Assembly (NCBI GenBank): GCA_017451625.1 | Contig: JAFTNY010000001.1 | Span: forward strand, 1 to 54,934 | DNA from: Alphaproteobacteria bacterium | GTDB taxonomy: Bacteria; Pseudomonadota; Alphaproteobacteria; Rs-D84 | Length of the DNA: 54,934 bases | Direction of reading: 5' to 3' | In this document: positions 18,992-29,497 of the stretch, in pieces | Layout: the number at the start of each line of letters is the position of its first letter | Numbering within the stretch: position 1 is the stretch's first letter | Translations under genes and position numbers: made by a program | The notes under the pieces: model-generated | Told to the model about the DNA's origin: nothing | Databases searched by the model: none | The model's input: the letters and a program-made list of their open reading frames with translations, nothing else

Positions 18992-20094
18992 TGAAACCAA
19001 TTTTATTTAACCTTGCAGATGCGGAATTAACACAATATCTGGCCGATATGGGACAGCCGAAATTTCGGGCCAAGCAAATTCGCGAATGGTTGGATCGTGG
19101 CGCCCCAGACTTTGCATCTATGAAAAATATTCCAGATGCGTTGCGACGTGATTTAGATAATGTGGCACAAACACTGCCGGTGAAAATTGTAAAAAAACTG
19201 GAATCCGCAGATGGCGAAACAACCAAGTTCTTGTTAGAACTGAACGATGGCGAGCAGATTGAATGCGTACTGATGCGCACAACGTATGGCAACAGTGTTT
19301 GTGTCAGTTCACAGGCCGGTTGCGCAATGGGATGCAAGTTCTGTGCCAGTACACTGTTGGGATTAAAACGTAATTTAACAGCAAATGAAATCTTGGCACA
19401 GATTCTGGTGGCACAATGGGAACTGCGCAGCGACAGATTCAGCGACAAGCCAATTCGCCCAAATGGCGATGCGAACAATGGGGACGTGTCGCACATTGTA
19501 ATTATGGGAACCGGCGAACCGTTGCAGAACACAGAAAACGTTATTAACTTTATCGAACAGGCAAACAGCAAACTGGGGATTGGATGGCGAAGAATAACGG
19601 TGTCAACGTGTGGGATTGTTGATGGGATTGACAGACTGATTGAATGGGGGCGGCCAATTAATTTGGCGATTTCACTGCATGCACCAACAGATGAATTACG
19701 GTCCCAAATTATGCCGATTAACAATAAATATAAATTAAACGAAGTTTTGGACACAGCATGGCGTTTCACAGATTTACATAATCGTCAGTTGATGATTGAA
19801 TACATCTTGCTGGGGCGGCGTGATGCCAATGGCGAAACAATTTTGTACAACGCAACACCGGAATATGCGGAAAAGTTATCAGAACTGTTGGCGGGCAAGA
19901 ACTGTATGGTAAATCTGATTCCATGGAATGCGGTTGATGAACGCGACTTTGCATCGCCATCAGGTAATGCAGTACACAGATTTCAAGACATTTTGATAAA
20001 AAATGGAATACATACGCGGATTCGTCGCGAACGCGGGACAGATATTGGTTCTGCATGTGGGCAGTTGCGGCTGAATAACGCAAAAGGTAAATGA
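18988..20094 (+). CDS. rlmN: 23S rRNA (m2A2503)/tRNA methyltransferase RlmN
   Basis: CVSSQAGCAMGCKFC, MGTGEPL, ISLHAP and DIGSACGQL. Confidence 0.96.
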   Translation: MMKPILFNLADAELTQYLADMGQPKFRAKQIREWLDRGAPDFASMKNIPDALRRDLDNVAQTLPVKIVKKLESADGETTKFLLELNDGEQIECVLMRTTYGNSVCVSSQAGCAMGCKFCASTLLGLKRNLTANEILAQILVAQWELRSDRFSDKPIRPNGDANNGDVSHIVIMGTGEPLQNTENVINFIEQANSKLGIGWRRITVSTCGIVDGIDRLIEWGRPINLAISLHAPTDELRSQIMPINNKYKLNEVLDTAWRFTDLHNRQLMIEYILLGRRDANGETILYNATPEYAEKLSELLAGKNCMVNLIPWNAVDERDFASPSGNAVHRFQDILIKNGIHTRIRRERGTDIGSACGQLRLNNAKGK

Positions 20095-20843
20095 TGAAGT
20101 TAAAATATATTACATGTTCTGATCCGCGTGAAGATGTGTCTGTCAATGATATGATGCGACTGATGCGGTATGCGCCACAGGTTGAAATTGGTATTCAGGC
20201 ACACCCCAGCGCAATGTCAAATGGAATGCCACGAAACGCATGGTTTAAACATCTGATGACGTTGGTTTCAAATATCGATATGCCGATGAATGTCGCAGTG
20301 CATGTTAATTACCAATGGTGTGATATGCTGTGTGGTGGCGGAATGCCGGATGAATTGGACAAATGGTTCAAGATGACGCGATATGGCACACAAACACCCG
20401 CCATTCGTCGGTGGCAGCTGAATATCGGCGATGGGACGAAAAACTGGGACGCGAATGCGGTGGCAAAGTTAATTGCGGAACATCCACAAAATGAATTTAT
20501 ACTGCCATACAACGCAGGCGTTGCGCAAAAGATTGAACAACTGAATAAAACAGGGGCGCAGTTTTCATTGCTGTATGATTCTTCGTATGGTTATGGCATA
20601 ACCCCAGAAAAATGGGATGCGCCGGTGTATGACACACATCCGATGGGGTATGCAGGCGGATTGTCGCCAGAAAATGTGGCGACACAGTTGGCAAAAATCG
20701 CACAGCAGGTGCCAACAGATTACACAACGTGGATTGATGCCGAAGGACGGTTAATGCGCCCCAACACACGCCAATTTGATGTTACGCGTGCAATCAGTTA
20801 TGTTGAAAACGCCCTGTGTTGGACCGAAAATAAAACACGTTAA
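20091..20843 (+). CDS. TrpF-like TIM-barrel protein of unknown function
   Basis: LLYDSSYGYG...GYAGGLSPENV...WIDAEGRL resembles the phosphate-binding end of PRAI-like barrels; ATGA overlap with rlmN. Confidence 0.55.
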   Translation: MMKLKYITCSDPREDVSVNDMMRLMRYAPQVEIGIQAHPSAMSNGMPRNAWFKHLMTLVSNIDMPMNVAVHVNYQWCDMLCGGGMPDELDKWFKMTRYGTQTPAIRRWQLNIGDGTKNWDANAVAKLIAEHPQNEFILPYNAGVAQKIEQLNKTGAQFSLLYDSSYGYGITPEKWDAPVYDTHPMGYAGGLSPENVATQLAKIAQQVPTDYTTWIDAEGRLMRPNTRQFDVTRAISYVENALCWTENKTR

Positions 20844-20848
20844 GAATA

Positions 20849-20872
20849 AAAAATCCCCAGATGGGGATTTTT
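20849..20872. terminator. Bidirectional intrinsic terminator
   Basis: AAAAATCCCC-AGAT-GGGGATTTTT between convergent genes. Confidence 0.85.
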
Positions 20873-20873
20873 C

Positions 20874-22448
20874 TTATTTTCGGGCCTTGGCCGCGGCGGC
20901 AACAAATGCATTAAACATTGGGTGGCCGGTATATGGACTGGATTGAAATTCAGGATGAAATTGACCGGCAACAAAAAATGGATGATTGGTCAATTCAATG
21001 ATTTCTGGTAATTTACCGTCTGGACTGCGGCCCGATATTTTCATACCCGCATCTGCAAATTTCTGTTCCAGTGAAATGTCCATTTCATAGCGATGACGAT
21101 GACGTTCTGATATGCTGGTCGCGCCATATATTTTATGCGCCAATGTATTCGGCGTGATTTCGCATGGATACGCACCCAGACGTAATGTCCCACCATAGTT
21201 TTCGGCATCGTGATCTGACATAATATCAATCACAGGGGTGCAATCAGATGTAAATTCCGTAGAATTTGCATCTGTGATTCCCAAAACATTGCGCGCGAAT
21301 TCAATAACGGCGACCTGCATCCCCAGACATATTCCCATGTATGGGGTTTGGGTTTCGCGGGCGTATCCTGCGGCGGCAATCTTGCCATCGACACCACGTG
21401 CGCCAAATCCACCAGCAACCAAAATACCATCAATATCACGGCATGCGTCGGGGGTGAAATTTTCCGCGTCCAGTTTATGAATATTGACATGAACATTGTT
21501 CTGGATGCCTGCGTGGAACAATGCATCATTCAGGGACTTGTACGCGTCTGGGACATTAAAGTATTTTCCAACAACGCCAATATTAACCGTCGGCAGGTCG
21601 GTCGACAAATATCGTTCGATACGTTCAAAACGCGTCATATCACCACGTGCATGTGGCAGGTCAAAGTGATCTGCAATTATGTCAAAGACATGTTGCGCTT
21701 CGTACGCCAATGGAATTTTATAAATATTGTCAACGTCGATACCGCTGATTACACTTTTGGCCGGCAGGTTGCAGAACATACCAATTTTATCGCGTTCAGA
21801 TGCCGTCAACATACGTGGCGTGCGCACAATCAGCATATCGGCCTGAATCCCGTTTTCCAATAATTCACGTGCAGACATCTGGGTTGGTTTGGTCTTTAGT
21901 TCGCCGGACTTTTCCAAATATGGTGCCAAGGTCAGATGAATAAACATCACATTATGACGGCCAACATCGTTGGCAAACTGACGTATGGATTCAAGGAATA
22001 TTTTACCTTCGATGTCGCCAACGGTGCCACCAATTTCGCATACAACAAAGTCAGTATTGGTTGGGGCAGAAATGTATTCTTTTATCTTGTTCGATACGTG
22101 CGGAATCATCTGGACCGTCGCCCCCAGATAATCGCCACGACGTTCTGCATTCAGTACATCCCAATAAATGCGCCCCCCCGACACAGAATCATTGCGCGAC
22201 AGTTGCGCGCCCAAGAATCGTTCATAATACCCCAAATCAAGATCTGTTTCATAACCATCATTTGTCACATAAACTTCGCCATGTTGAAATGGCGACATCG
22301 TCCCAGGGTCTATGTTTAGATATGGGTCAAATTTACGTGCATGAACGGTATAGCCACGCGATTGAAGAAGGGTGCCACAACCTGCCGCTGCGACACCCTT
22401 GCCAAGACTTGATACAACACCACCAGTTATAAATATATATTTTGCCAT
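20874..22448 (-). CDS. pyrG: CTP synthase
   Basis: MAKYIFITGGVVSSLGKG, GICLGMQ, RHRHRYE and QFHPEF. Confidence 0.98.
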   Translation of the reverse strand: MAKYIFITGGVVSSLGKGVAAAGCGTLLQSRGYTVHARKFDPYLNIDPGTMSPFQHGEVYVTNDGYETDLDLGYYERFLGAQLSRNDSVSGGRIYWDVLNAERRGDYLGATVQMIPHVSNKIKEYISAPTNTDFVVCEIGGTVGDIEGKIFLESIRQFANDVGRHNVMFIHLTLAPYLEKSGELKTKPTQMSARELLENGIQADMLIVRTPRMLTASERDKIGMFCNLPAKSVISGIDVDNIYKIPLAYEAQHVFDIIADHFDLPHARGDMTRFERIERYLSTDLPTVNIGVVGKYFNVPDAYKSLNDALFHAGIQNNVHVNIHKLDAENFTPDACRDIDGILVAGGFGARGVDGKIAAAGYARETQTPYMGICLGMQVAVIEFARNVLGITDANSTEFTSDCTPVIDIMSDHDAENYGGTLRLGAYPCEITPNTLAHKIYGATSISERHRHRYEMDISLEQKFADAGMKISGRSPDGKLPEIIELTNHPFFVAGQFHPEFQSSPYTGHPMFNAFVAAAAKARK

Positions 22449-22524
22449 AAGCGCCCCCTTATGGAATTCAATCATACGAAAAATTTCGTTGATTGGCAAT
22501 CGAATAAATTCCTATACTTTTTTC

Positions 22525-24444
22525 ATGCGGGATTGGATTGAAAATCAATATCAAAATGTGTTCTTGTACGTGCCGTTCTTGTTGGCAGGTGGGGCCGCGG
22601 TTTATTTTACGCGCGCGGTTGAACCAAATCTGATTTTTGCACCCATAATTTTATGTACGTTGATTGCGGCACTGTTTATACAACGGATGCCGATTATACT
22701 GCGTGGGGTTATAATTGGACTGATTGGGTTTGTCTGGGCCGGTATTTTTACAGATATTATTGACACACCAAAAATGCGACATAATGTCTTTGACCAGAAT
22801 ATTGTCGGGACGGTTCAAAAGATTGATCACACGTACGATAAAACCAGAGTGTATTTATCTGTTAATGCAGACGATATTGGGGCGGATGGTGAACGCGCCA
22901 CTGTGCGCGTGTCAATCTGCCCAGAATGCGTAATACCCCAGATTGGAGATGTGGTGCAGGTAAACATTGGACTGTTTCGGCCAAATGCAACGTATGCGCC
23001 GGAAACATTTGACTATGCACGATGGGCATATTTTAATGGGCTGACCGCGACAGGGTATGCGAATAAAATTGATGTAATCAGGTCTGGGGACGGTGGTGGA
23101 ATTAACACACTGCGCGAAGGTTTGCACAATCGATCAAAGTCGTTTTTGGTTGATGCGTTGGTGCTGGGGTTCAAGGCGGCGGTGCCAGAATCTGATACGC
23201 CAATTTGGACCGCCAGCGGTGTGGGACACGTCTGGTCAATCAGTGGATTTCATATGACACTGGTTGGGGGATGGCTGTTTATTATATTCTATTTTATTTT
23301 TCGTTCAAGTCCATATGTCGTGCGACGGATTCCAGCAAAAATTCCGGCAATGGGTTGTGCGTGGATTGGACTGGTGTGGTATTTGTTTTTATCGGGCATA
23401 GATGTCGCAACAGTACGCGCGTTCTTGATGACAACACTGGTTATCGCGGCGTTTATGTTTGGGCGCAGTGTGATTTCACTGCGTAATGTTGCGTTGGCGT
23501 TTTGCGTGATATTCCTGTTTAATCCACACTATGTAATGCAGGCGGGATTTCAACTGTCATTTGCCGCGGTGTTCGGATTGGTGTGGGTATATTCTGTGTT
23601 ACGGCCGAAAATGCCGCAGAATAAACTTATCGCGTCAATTTATGCATGTGCATTGACATCTGTGGTTGCAACTGTTTTTACCGCGCCATTTGTGGCGGCG
23701 CACTTTGGCGCAATTCCGATTTACGGTTTGATTGGAAATCTGGTTATATTGCCGATATTTTCATTTGCAATTATGCCGTTGGTGTTAATTGGGGTTGTGG
23801 CCGGTTTCTGGGGATGGTATGGCCCGAAGAATCTGGCATATACGATTTATGAATTTGCACTGAATATTGCCCAGAATATTTCAGAACTGCCCCATGCGGT
23901 GGTGGATGTGCCACATATTTCAAACGTGGCAATGGCGTGCTTTGTATGCGCATTTATGGCATTGATATTTATTAAAACAGTCAAGATAAAGGTAAATTAT
24001 ATTTTATTTGCGACGTTCTGTGTGATTGGGGTGGCGATTGTAACCATAGCACCGCGGCCGATATTCTATGCAACGCATGATAACGAATTGGTGGCGTTTG
24101 TTGGCGATGACGGGAATTTAGAATTTAATAAATCGCGCGCATCCAAACACTATTTTGCATTTGATACATGGAAACAGATTAACGGCGATGCCATCGGTAA
24201 ACCGAACAGACGCAGAAAGCATGACCGCGGTGTCTGGCGGTACGGTAATATTGTTTATATTCAGAAATTCGTGCCGTTAATGCAGAATATTGGCGCGTTG
24301 TGTAATGATGACAGTGTCAGATATATTGTATCGTATTTCAATGTTGTCGCACCCAGTTGCCAACACAAAATCCTGCGTGGCGGTGCACTGATTTACGATA
24401 GTGGTCGGGTTGAATATGTGCAACGCACGCGCAGGTGGCATTAA
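22525..24444 (+). CDS. comEC: ComEC/Rec2 competence DNA-uptake channel
   Basis: HVWSISGFHM, VATVRAFLM, NPHYVMQAGFQLSFAAV and LIGNLV; multi-TM; no C-terminal metallo-beta-lactamase domain. Confidence 0.92.
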   Translation: MRDWIENQYQNVFLYVPFLLAGGAAVYFTRAVEPNLIFAPIILCTLIAALFIQRMPIILRGVIIGLIGFVWAGIFTDIIDTPKMRHNVFDQNIVGTVQKIDHTYDKTRVYLSVNADDIGADGERATVRVSICPECVIPQIGDVVQVNIGLFRPNATYAPETFDYARWAYFNGLTATGYANKIDVIRSGDGGGINTLREGLHNRSKSFLVDALVLGFKAAVPESDTPIWTASGVGHVWSISGFHMTLVGGWLFIIFYFIFRSSPYVVRRIPAKIPAMGCAWIGLVWYLFLSGIDVATVRAFLMTTLVIAAFMFGRSVISLRNVALAFCVIFLFNPHYVMQAGFQLSFAAVFGLVWVYSVLRPKMPQNKLIASIYACALTSVVATVFTAPFVAAHFGAIPIYGLIGNLVILPIFSFAIMPLVLIGVVAGFWGWYGPKNLAYTIYEFALNIAQNISELPHAVVDVPHISNVAMACFVCAFMALIFIKTVKIKVNYILFATFCVIGVAIVTIAPRPIFYATHDNELVAFVGDDGNLEFNKSRASKHYFAFDTWKQINGDAIGKPNRRRKHDRGVWRYGNIVYIQKFVPLMQNIGALCNDDSVRYIVSYFNVVAPSCQHKILRGGALIYDSGRVEYVQRTRRWH

Positions 24445-24445
24445 A

Positions 24446-25324
24446 TTATTCTGCGCCAAAGTCCATATCGCGCAATTTTTCAGCACGTGGTGAAATCTTG
24501 CGAATAGATGTTTGCAACTGTTCAATATCCGTCAGGGTCATATTGAAATGCCGTTCAACGTTTGTTGCGCGTTCGTTTAAACGTCCCAAATCTGCCAGTA
24601 ATGCGTCCAATTCTATTTTTATCTGATTGGCAACACGTTTTATCTTGATGTCAGATAATACCGCGCGAATTGTGTTTAATGTCGCCCACAATGTCGATGG
24701 GGATACAATAAATACTTTTTGGCGTGCGGCATATTCAATCGTCGCAGGAAATTGGCGGTGTAATGTTTCGAATATAGATTCAGATGCAATAAACATCATT
24801 GCAGATTCTGCGGTCTGGCCGGCAATGATATATTTTTCGCCAATCGCATCGATATGACGGCGAACGTCCAGTTCAAATTGCTTTTTCGCCATTATATCTG
24901 TGTTATCGGCCATCATTCGGTTATAACTTTCCAGTGGAAATTTACTGTCGATGACCATGTCCCCTGGGGGATAGGGCAATCGAATAATACAATCTGGTCG
25001 GACACCTGTGTCCAGCGTGGTTTGAAAGGCATAGGTTTCTGGGGGCATTATGTCTGCGACAATATCGGCCAGTTGGCGTTCGCCGAACGTGCCACGTGCC
25101 TGTTTATTGCCCATCAGAATGTTTTTAAAATTCGCAATATCGCCACTAATATTTTTCAGTTCGATTGCATTCTGGCTTAATGCGCCCAATCTTTCTGCCA
25201 ACTTTTCACGCAGGCGGGCATTATCTTCGCGCAGGGCAGAAATATCAACAACTGGCCGACGCATCAAAATCGCCAGTAATAAAAAAATGATAATCCCCAG
25301 CAACACAAAAATATAAGTTGTCAT
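24446..25324 (-). CDS. rmuC: DNA recombination protein RmuC
   Basis: N-terminal TM, KQARGTFGERQL, RPDCIIRLP, IDSKFPL and IVSPSTL. Confidence 0.93.
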   Translation of the reverse strand: MTTYIFVLLGIIIFLLLAILMRRPVVDISALREDNARLREKLAERLGALSQNAIELKNISGDIANFKNILMGNKQARGTFGERQLADIVADIMPPETYAFQTTLDTGVRPDCIIRLPYPPGDMVIDSKFPLESYNRMMADNTDIMAKKQFELDVRRHIDAIGEKYIIAGQTAESAMMFIASESIFETLHRQFPATIEYAARQKVFIVSPSTLWATLNTIRAVLSDIKIKRVANQIKIELDALLADLGRLNERATNVERHFNMTLTDIEQLQTSIRKISPRAEKLRDMDFGAE

Positions 25325-25365
25325 TTCCCAATCCTTTGCTATGATTATTATAAGAGGTTTTGTAT

Positions 25366-25869
25366 ATGTTGCAAATGAAACTTTGTGGTGATTTGGTTCT
25401 GCGTACCAAATGTTCGCCCATTGAACAAATAACACCGGACGTATTGTCGACCATGGATGAAATGGTCGATATGATGCGTGAACAAAATGGCGTTGGATTG
25501 GCCGCACCCCAGATCGGAATCTTGTCGCGATTTTTGGTTATGATGGATCCTGATTCTGAAACAGTGTTCCGTATGATAAATCCAAAAATTATTTCACGCA
25601 GTGATAAAACCTGCACAATGGAAGAAGGGTGTTTGTCTGTTCTGGGGAATGACGGATTGCCGGTTTATGCAAATGTTGTGCGACCTGAATCTGTGATTGT
25701 GGAATGGACCGATGAACATGGCGCAAATCAGATGGCGGAAATGTCGGGTCTGCCGGCGCGAATCGTTCAACATGAAACAGATCACTTGGACGGGAAATTG
25801 TTTGTTGATTACCTGTCGCCGGTGCGTCGTGAAATGTTAATGCGCAAGGTTAAGAAGTTTAAAAAATGA
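25366..25869 (+). CDS. def: Peptide deformylase
   Basis: GVGLAAPQIG, EEGCLS and QHETDHLDG. Confidence 0.97.
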   Translation: MLQMKLCGDLVLRTKCSPIEQITPDVLSTMDEMVDMMREQNGVGLAAPQIGILSRFLVMMDPDSETVFRMINPKIISRSDKTCTMEEGCLSVLGNDGLPVYANVVRPESVIVEWTDEHGANQMAEMSGLPARIVQHETDHLDGKLFVDYLSPVRREMLMRKVKKFKK

Positions 25870-26672
25870 AATTAGTCTTGATGGGCACAAATGCGTTTGT
25901 GGTTCCAATCTTTGATGCGATAAAAAATGCAGGTCATGAAATTATGGCGGTCTTTACACGTGCGCCAAAACCAATGGGGCGTAAACAGGTACTGACCCCA
26001 TCGCCGGTACACGCGTGGGCAGATGAAAATGGACTGACGGTGCATACAAATATAAATGAATATAATTATTCGCCTGATATGGTGGTGGTGATTTCGTACG
26101 GTGTGATTTTGCGTGATAACGTTTTAAAATCTGCGCCATGCGTAAATATTCACCCCAGTGATTTACCAATGTATCGCGGACCGTCGCCGATACGTACGGC
26201 GCTGTATAATGGCGACCGGAAATCTGCGGTGTGCTTGATGGAAATAACACCGGAAATGGATGCGGGCGATATATTTATGCGACGTGAATTTGATATTGGG
26301 ATTGATGACACAAACGACACGATTGAAAATATGGTGTCCAAAATCGGCGCAGATATGATGATTGAATATCTGAAAAGTCCAGCGGATTACAGCGCAACAC
26401 CACAGGTTGGCACACCAACATTTACACGTAAATGGACGGGGACGGATGAAATCATAGACTGGTCCCGCGATGCCACAGAAATCCATAATCAGATTCGTGC
26501 ATTGGGTTGTGGGCGTACCAAGATTAGTAATATTGATGTAAAAATATTAAAAACAAAATTAAATGGCGATAATTTAGAAATATTGCAGATTCAACCCGCA
26601 GGCAAAAAAACAATGGATTGGAAAAGTTTTGTTAATGGTCTGCGTGGTGCAGAAATAAAATACGGTGAATAA
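25866..26672 (+). CDS. fmt: Methionyl-tRNA formyltransferase (short)
   Basis: MKLVLMGT, NIHPSDLPMYRGPSP and MDAGDI; def-fmt-truA synteny. Confidence 0.93.
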   Translation: MKLVLMGTNAFVVPIFDAIKNAGHEIMAVFTRAPKPMGRKQVLTPSPVHAWADENGLTVHTNINEYNYSPDMVVVISYGVILRDNVLKSAPCVNIHPSDLPMYRGPSPIRTALYNGDRKSAVCLMEITPEMDAGDIFMRREFDIGIDDTNDTIENMVSKIGADMMIEYLKSPADYSATPQVGTPTFTRKWTGTDEIIDWSRDATEIHNQIRALGCGRTKISNIDVKILKTKLNGDNLEILQIQPAGKKTMDWKSFVNGLRGAEIKYGE

Positions 26673-27404
26673 ATGACGCGTTATAAGGTTGTTCTTGAAT
26701 ATGACGGTACGGATTTAATCGGATGGCAAGAAAATCGCCAAGGGCCGTCTGTTCAGTCTGTAATGAAAGACGCGATTGAAAAATTCTGTGGTGCGCGGCC
26801 AGACATCGTTGGCGCGGGTCGCACCGATGCAGGGGTGCATGCCGTTGCAATGACGGCACACTTTGATATTAATGGCGACCACAGCGCACAAACAGTTATG
26901 CGCGCACTGAATTTTTATCTGACTGAAAAACCGGTGTCTGTGTTATCGTGCGAAGTGGTATCAGATGAATTTAATGCACGTTTTGACTGTACTGCGCGCC
27001 ACTATAAATATATTGTTTTAAATCGTGGTGCGGCACCAGTGTTGCAAAAAAATCGTGTGTATTGGGTGCCAAGAAAACTGAATATTGATGCGATGCGTGT
27101 GGCGGCCGAAAAATTAATTGGGAATCACGATTTTACCAGTTTTCGCGCCACACAATGTCAGGCAAAATCCCCAATAAAAACGTTGGACAGAATCGAAATC
27201 ATACAAAATGGGGACGAGATAATATTTGAATTTTCTGCGCGGTCATTCTTGCACCATATGGTACGAAATATTGTCGGAACGCTGATTGAAATTGGACTGG
27301 GGAAACCATATGATATTGATGAAATATTGGCGACGCGCAATCGCAGTGCGGCCGGTCCAACGGCCCCAGCGTCTGGTTTGTATTTTATTCATGCAGATTA
27401 TTAA
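26673..27404 (+). CDS. truA: tRNA pseudouridine(38-40) synthase
   Basis: YDGT, GRTDAGVHA, HDFTSFRA and FLHHMVRNIVG. Confidence 0.97.
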   Translation: MTRYKVVLEYDGTDLIGWQENRQGPSVQSVMKDAIEKFCGARPDIVGAGRTDAGVHAVAMTAHFDINGDHSAQTVMRALNFYLTEKPVSVLSCEVVSDEFNARFDCTARHYKYIVLNRGAAPVLQKNRVYWVPRKLNIDAMRVAAEKLIGNHDFTSFRATQCQAKSPIKTLDRIEIIQNGDEIIFEFSARSFLHHMVRNIVGTLIEIGLGKPYDIDEILATRNRSAAGPTAPASGLYFIHADY

Positions 27405-27430
27405 AAAATCCCCCGATTGGGGGATTTTTT
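27403..27430. terminator. Bidirectional intrinsic terminator
   Basis: AAAAAATCCCCC-GATT-GGGGGATTTTTT. Confidence 0.88.
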
Positions 27431-27444
27431 AATGTTTTAATGGA

Positions 27445-28083
27445 TTATTTATTTGGAATAATCTTGATTTCAACACGACGGTTTTGGGCGCGACCCGCGG
27501 CCGATGCATTTGATGCAATCGGATTTGATGAACCCAATCCCAATACTTCAAAGCGTGATGCCTTGACACCCTGACCCTGCAGATATGACGCAACAGACTG
27601 AGCACGTTCACGCGACAGATTCAGATTGTAATCTGCGCTGCCGGTGCTGTCGGTGTGGCCAGATACCATAACGGTTGAATTGCTGTATTTATTTAAAACC
27701 TTGGCAACAGAATTTAAGACAGGATAGAACGATGAATTGATGTCGGCAGAATCTGTCTTGAATGTAATGTTCCCAGGCATGATTAGGCGAATGCTGTCAT
27801 CAGATTCAACAACCTGAACACCGGTGGATGCCAATTCTGCACGCAGTTCGGCCGCCTGAACGTCCAGATAATAACCGACACCGCCGCCAACCGCACCACC
27901 AGCCAGCGCACCGATTAAGGCGCCTTCGCTGCTTTGTGTGCTGCCAATCAAGGCACCAGCCGTTGCGCCAATCGCCGTTCCCCATGTTGATTTGGCGGTC
28001 TGGGTTTGACCAGTGTATGGATTTATAGTTGTGCACGCAGATACAAATGACAACAACGCCAAAATAGAAATTGTTTTCTTCAT
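27445..28083 (-). CDS. OmpA-family lipoprotein with glycine zipper (YiaD-like)
   Basis: Lipobox VSAC, GxxxG zipper, GHTDSTG...LSRERA and NRRVEI. Confidence 0.92.
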   Translation of the reverse strand: MKKTISILALLSFVSACTTINPYTGQTQTAKSTWGTAIGATAGALIGSTQSSEGALIGALAGGAVGGGVGYYLDVQAAELRAELASTGVQVVESDDSIRLIMPGNITFKTDSADINSSFYPVLNSVAKVLNKYSNSTVMVSGHTDSTGSADYNLNLSRERAQSVASYLQGQGVKASRFEVLGLGSSNPIASNASAAGRAQNRRVEIKIIPNK

Positions 28084-28172
28084 GTTTTCTCCCTTTTGTG
28101 TGATATTGCGTTTGGTATTGTAAAACATGCAAATAAAAAATACAGTAAAAAAACGCCCAGATGGGCGTTTGA

Positions 28173-29159
28173 TTATTTTTTGCGTTGTTTTGTTTCTTGT
28201 AAAAATGCCATTTGCATAAATTGAACAATGCTGTTTTTAGAAAATTCAGGGCGCGTAGCATTGCCAGATTTATAAAATACGTTCGATAACACATCGCGCG
28301 CAGGACGACGTGGTTCGCGTGGGGCAACACTGTCGCGTTCTTGGGACAATTCTGCAATACGATTGTTTGTGTTTTCCAACTGTGTTTGCAGTTTTTCGTG
28401 CGCAGACGTGTCATCTGGGCGTTTATTCTTTTTGGTGCTTAATGCCTTTTCCTGCCTTGGCAGAACGTCGTACATCAATCTTTCTATTTCAACAGTCAAA
28501 TCTTTGTGGCGTTTTTCAAATGCGATTTTATCAACATCTATCAAACCGAACTTTTTTCCAAATGTTTGACCGTATTCTATGCCCAGAAAAGACATTTTTT
28601 GACGGTACAAATCTTGGTAATATTTCATGTCGCAAATCGGCATCGAAGACATTACTTTTTCAATCGCGTACCATGTGCATTTATTCACATACTGATTTAA
28701 ACGTGTCGCCAGCATCGCGGGCAGTGGCGCATTTGAATCCTGAAGCCCCTGAATCAACAGCGCGTTTTTGCGCATAAACAGCCCCAATGGTTTGCCAGAA
28801 CGATGTGCGTGGTCGCGCGCAATAGAACGATAAATTTCATATTTGCTTTCTTGTTCTGTGGCCGTTTTCGCATCAGGCGCAACCATTTGCGGACGTGCAA
28901 TGTCGTACGCAAACATGTAATCGGCAACTGTACAGGCCTGATGTATCTTTCTGTTGCGGCGGGTCATCAGTCCACCGTACAAAGAATCCAACATATCAAA
29001 TGAAATATTTGACACAAATGGGCCACGTGGTTCCTGATCACCTGTGATGTCTGTTGCGTGCATGGCAATGCGCCCTTCGGCATCCAAAATCACAAAGGTA
29101 TAGCCACGTGGGGCATATTTATTCATTTTTCGGATAAACCAACCGCGTTCAAAAATCAT
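28173..29159 (-). CDS. Hypothetical cytoplasmic protein with C-terminal coiled coil
   Basis: 328-aa ORF filling the space between two terminators; no signal peptide; ends ETKQRKK. Confidence 0.7.
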   Translation of the reverse strand: MIFERGWFIRKMNKYAPRGYTFVILDAEGRIAMHATDITGDQEPRGPFVSNISFDMLDSLYGGLMTRRNRKIHQACTVADYMFAYDIARPQMVAPDAKTATEQESKYEIYRSIARDHAHRSGKPLGLFMRKNALLIQGLQDSNAPLPAMLATRLNQYVNKCTWYAIEKVMSSMPICDMKYYQDLYRQKMSFLGIEYGQTFGKKFGLIDVDKIAFEKRHKDLTVEIERLMYDVLPRQEKALSTKKNKRPDDTSAHEKLQTQLENTNNRIAELSQERDSVAPREPRRPARDVLSNVFYKSGNATRPEFSKNSIVQFMQMAFLQETKQRKK

Positions 29160-29216
29160 TTATTATAATCCCTTTGGTTTGCACAGAAAAAAAACGCCCG
29201 ATGGTTGGGCGTACTG

Positions 29217-29444
29217 TTATCTGGTTTTTATTGTTTGTTGTACGACCCGATGCTTTATTGTGTCATATGCAGTGATTACAGAATCACGCGACAGTGAATC
29301 AAGCTGTTCGGTCTTGGGTTCCTGTTTCGTGTGTGTGGTATTTTTTTGCTTTTCAAAAACAGAATGCAGATGGAAAATAATAATCCCAACCGCGGCACAT
29401 ATTAACGTTTGTTCAACAAGTTCCTTGATATCTGATTTGTCCAT
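29217..29444 (-). CDS. Small hypothetical protein, one hydrophobic segment
   Basis: ATG 29444 (MDKSDIKELVEQ) downstream of the tRNA terminator; ends QQTIKTR. Confidence 0.55.
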   Translation of the reverse strand: MDKSDIKELVEQTLICAAVGIIIFHLHSVFEKQKNTTHTKQEPKTEQLDSLSRDSVITAYDTIKHRVVQQTIKTR

Positions 29445-29497
29445 AATGAAAAACCGTTTAATTTTTTTGATAAAAAATCCGCCATGGGCGGAAAATT

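Noticed and set aside
18142-19769. Long antisense ORFs (280 aa and 268 aa) opposite surA and rlmN
   Set aside because: They are shadows of well-supported genes with no motifs or start signals. The same applies to most short ORFs in the track, such as 27806-28414 and 6107-6712.
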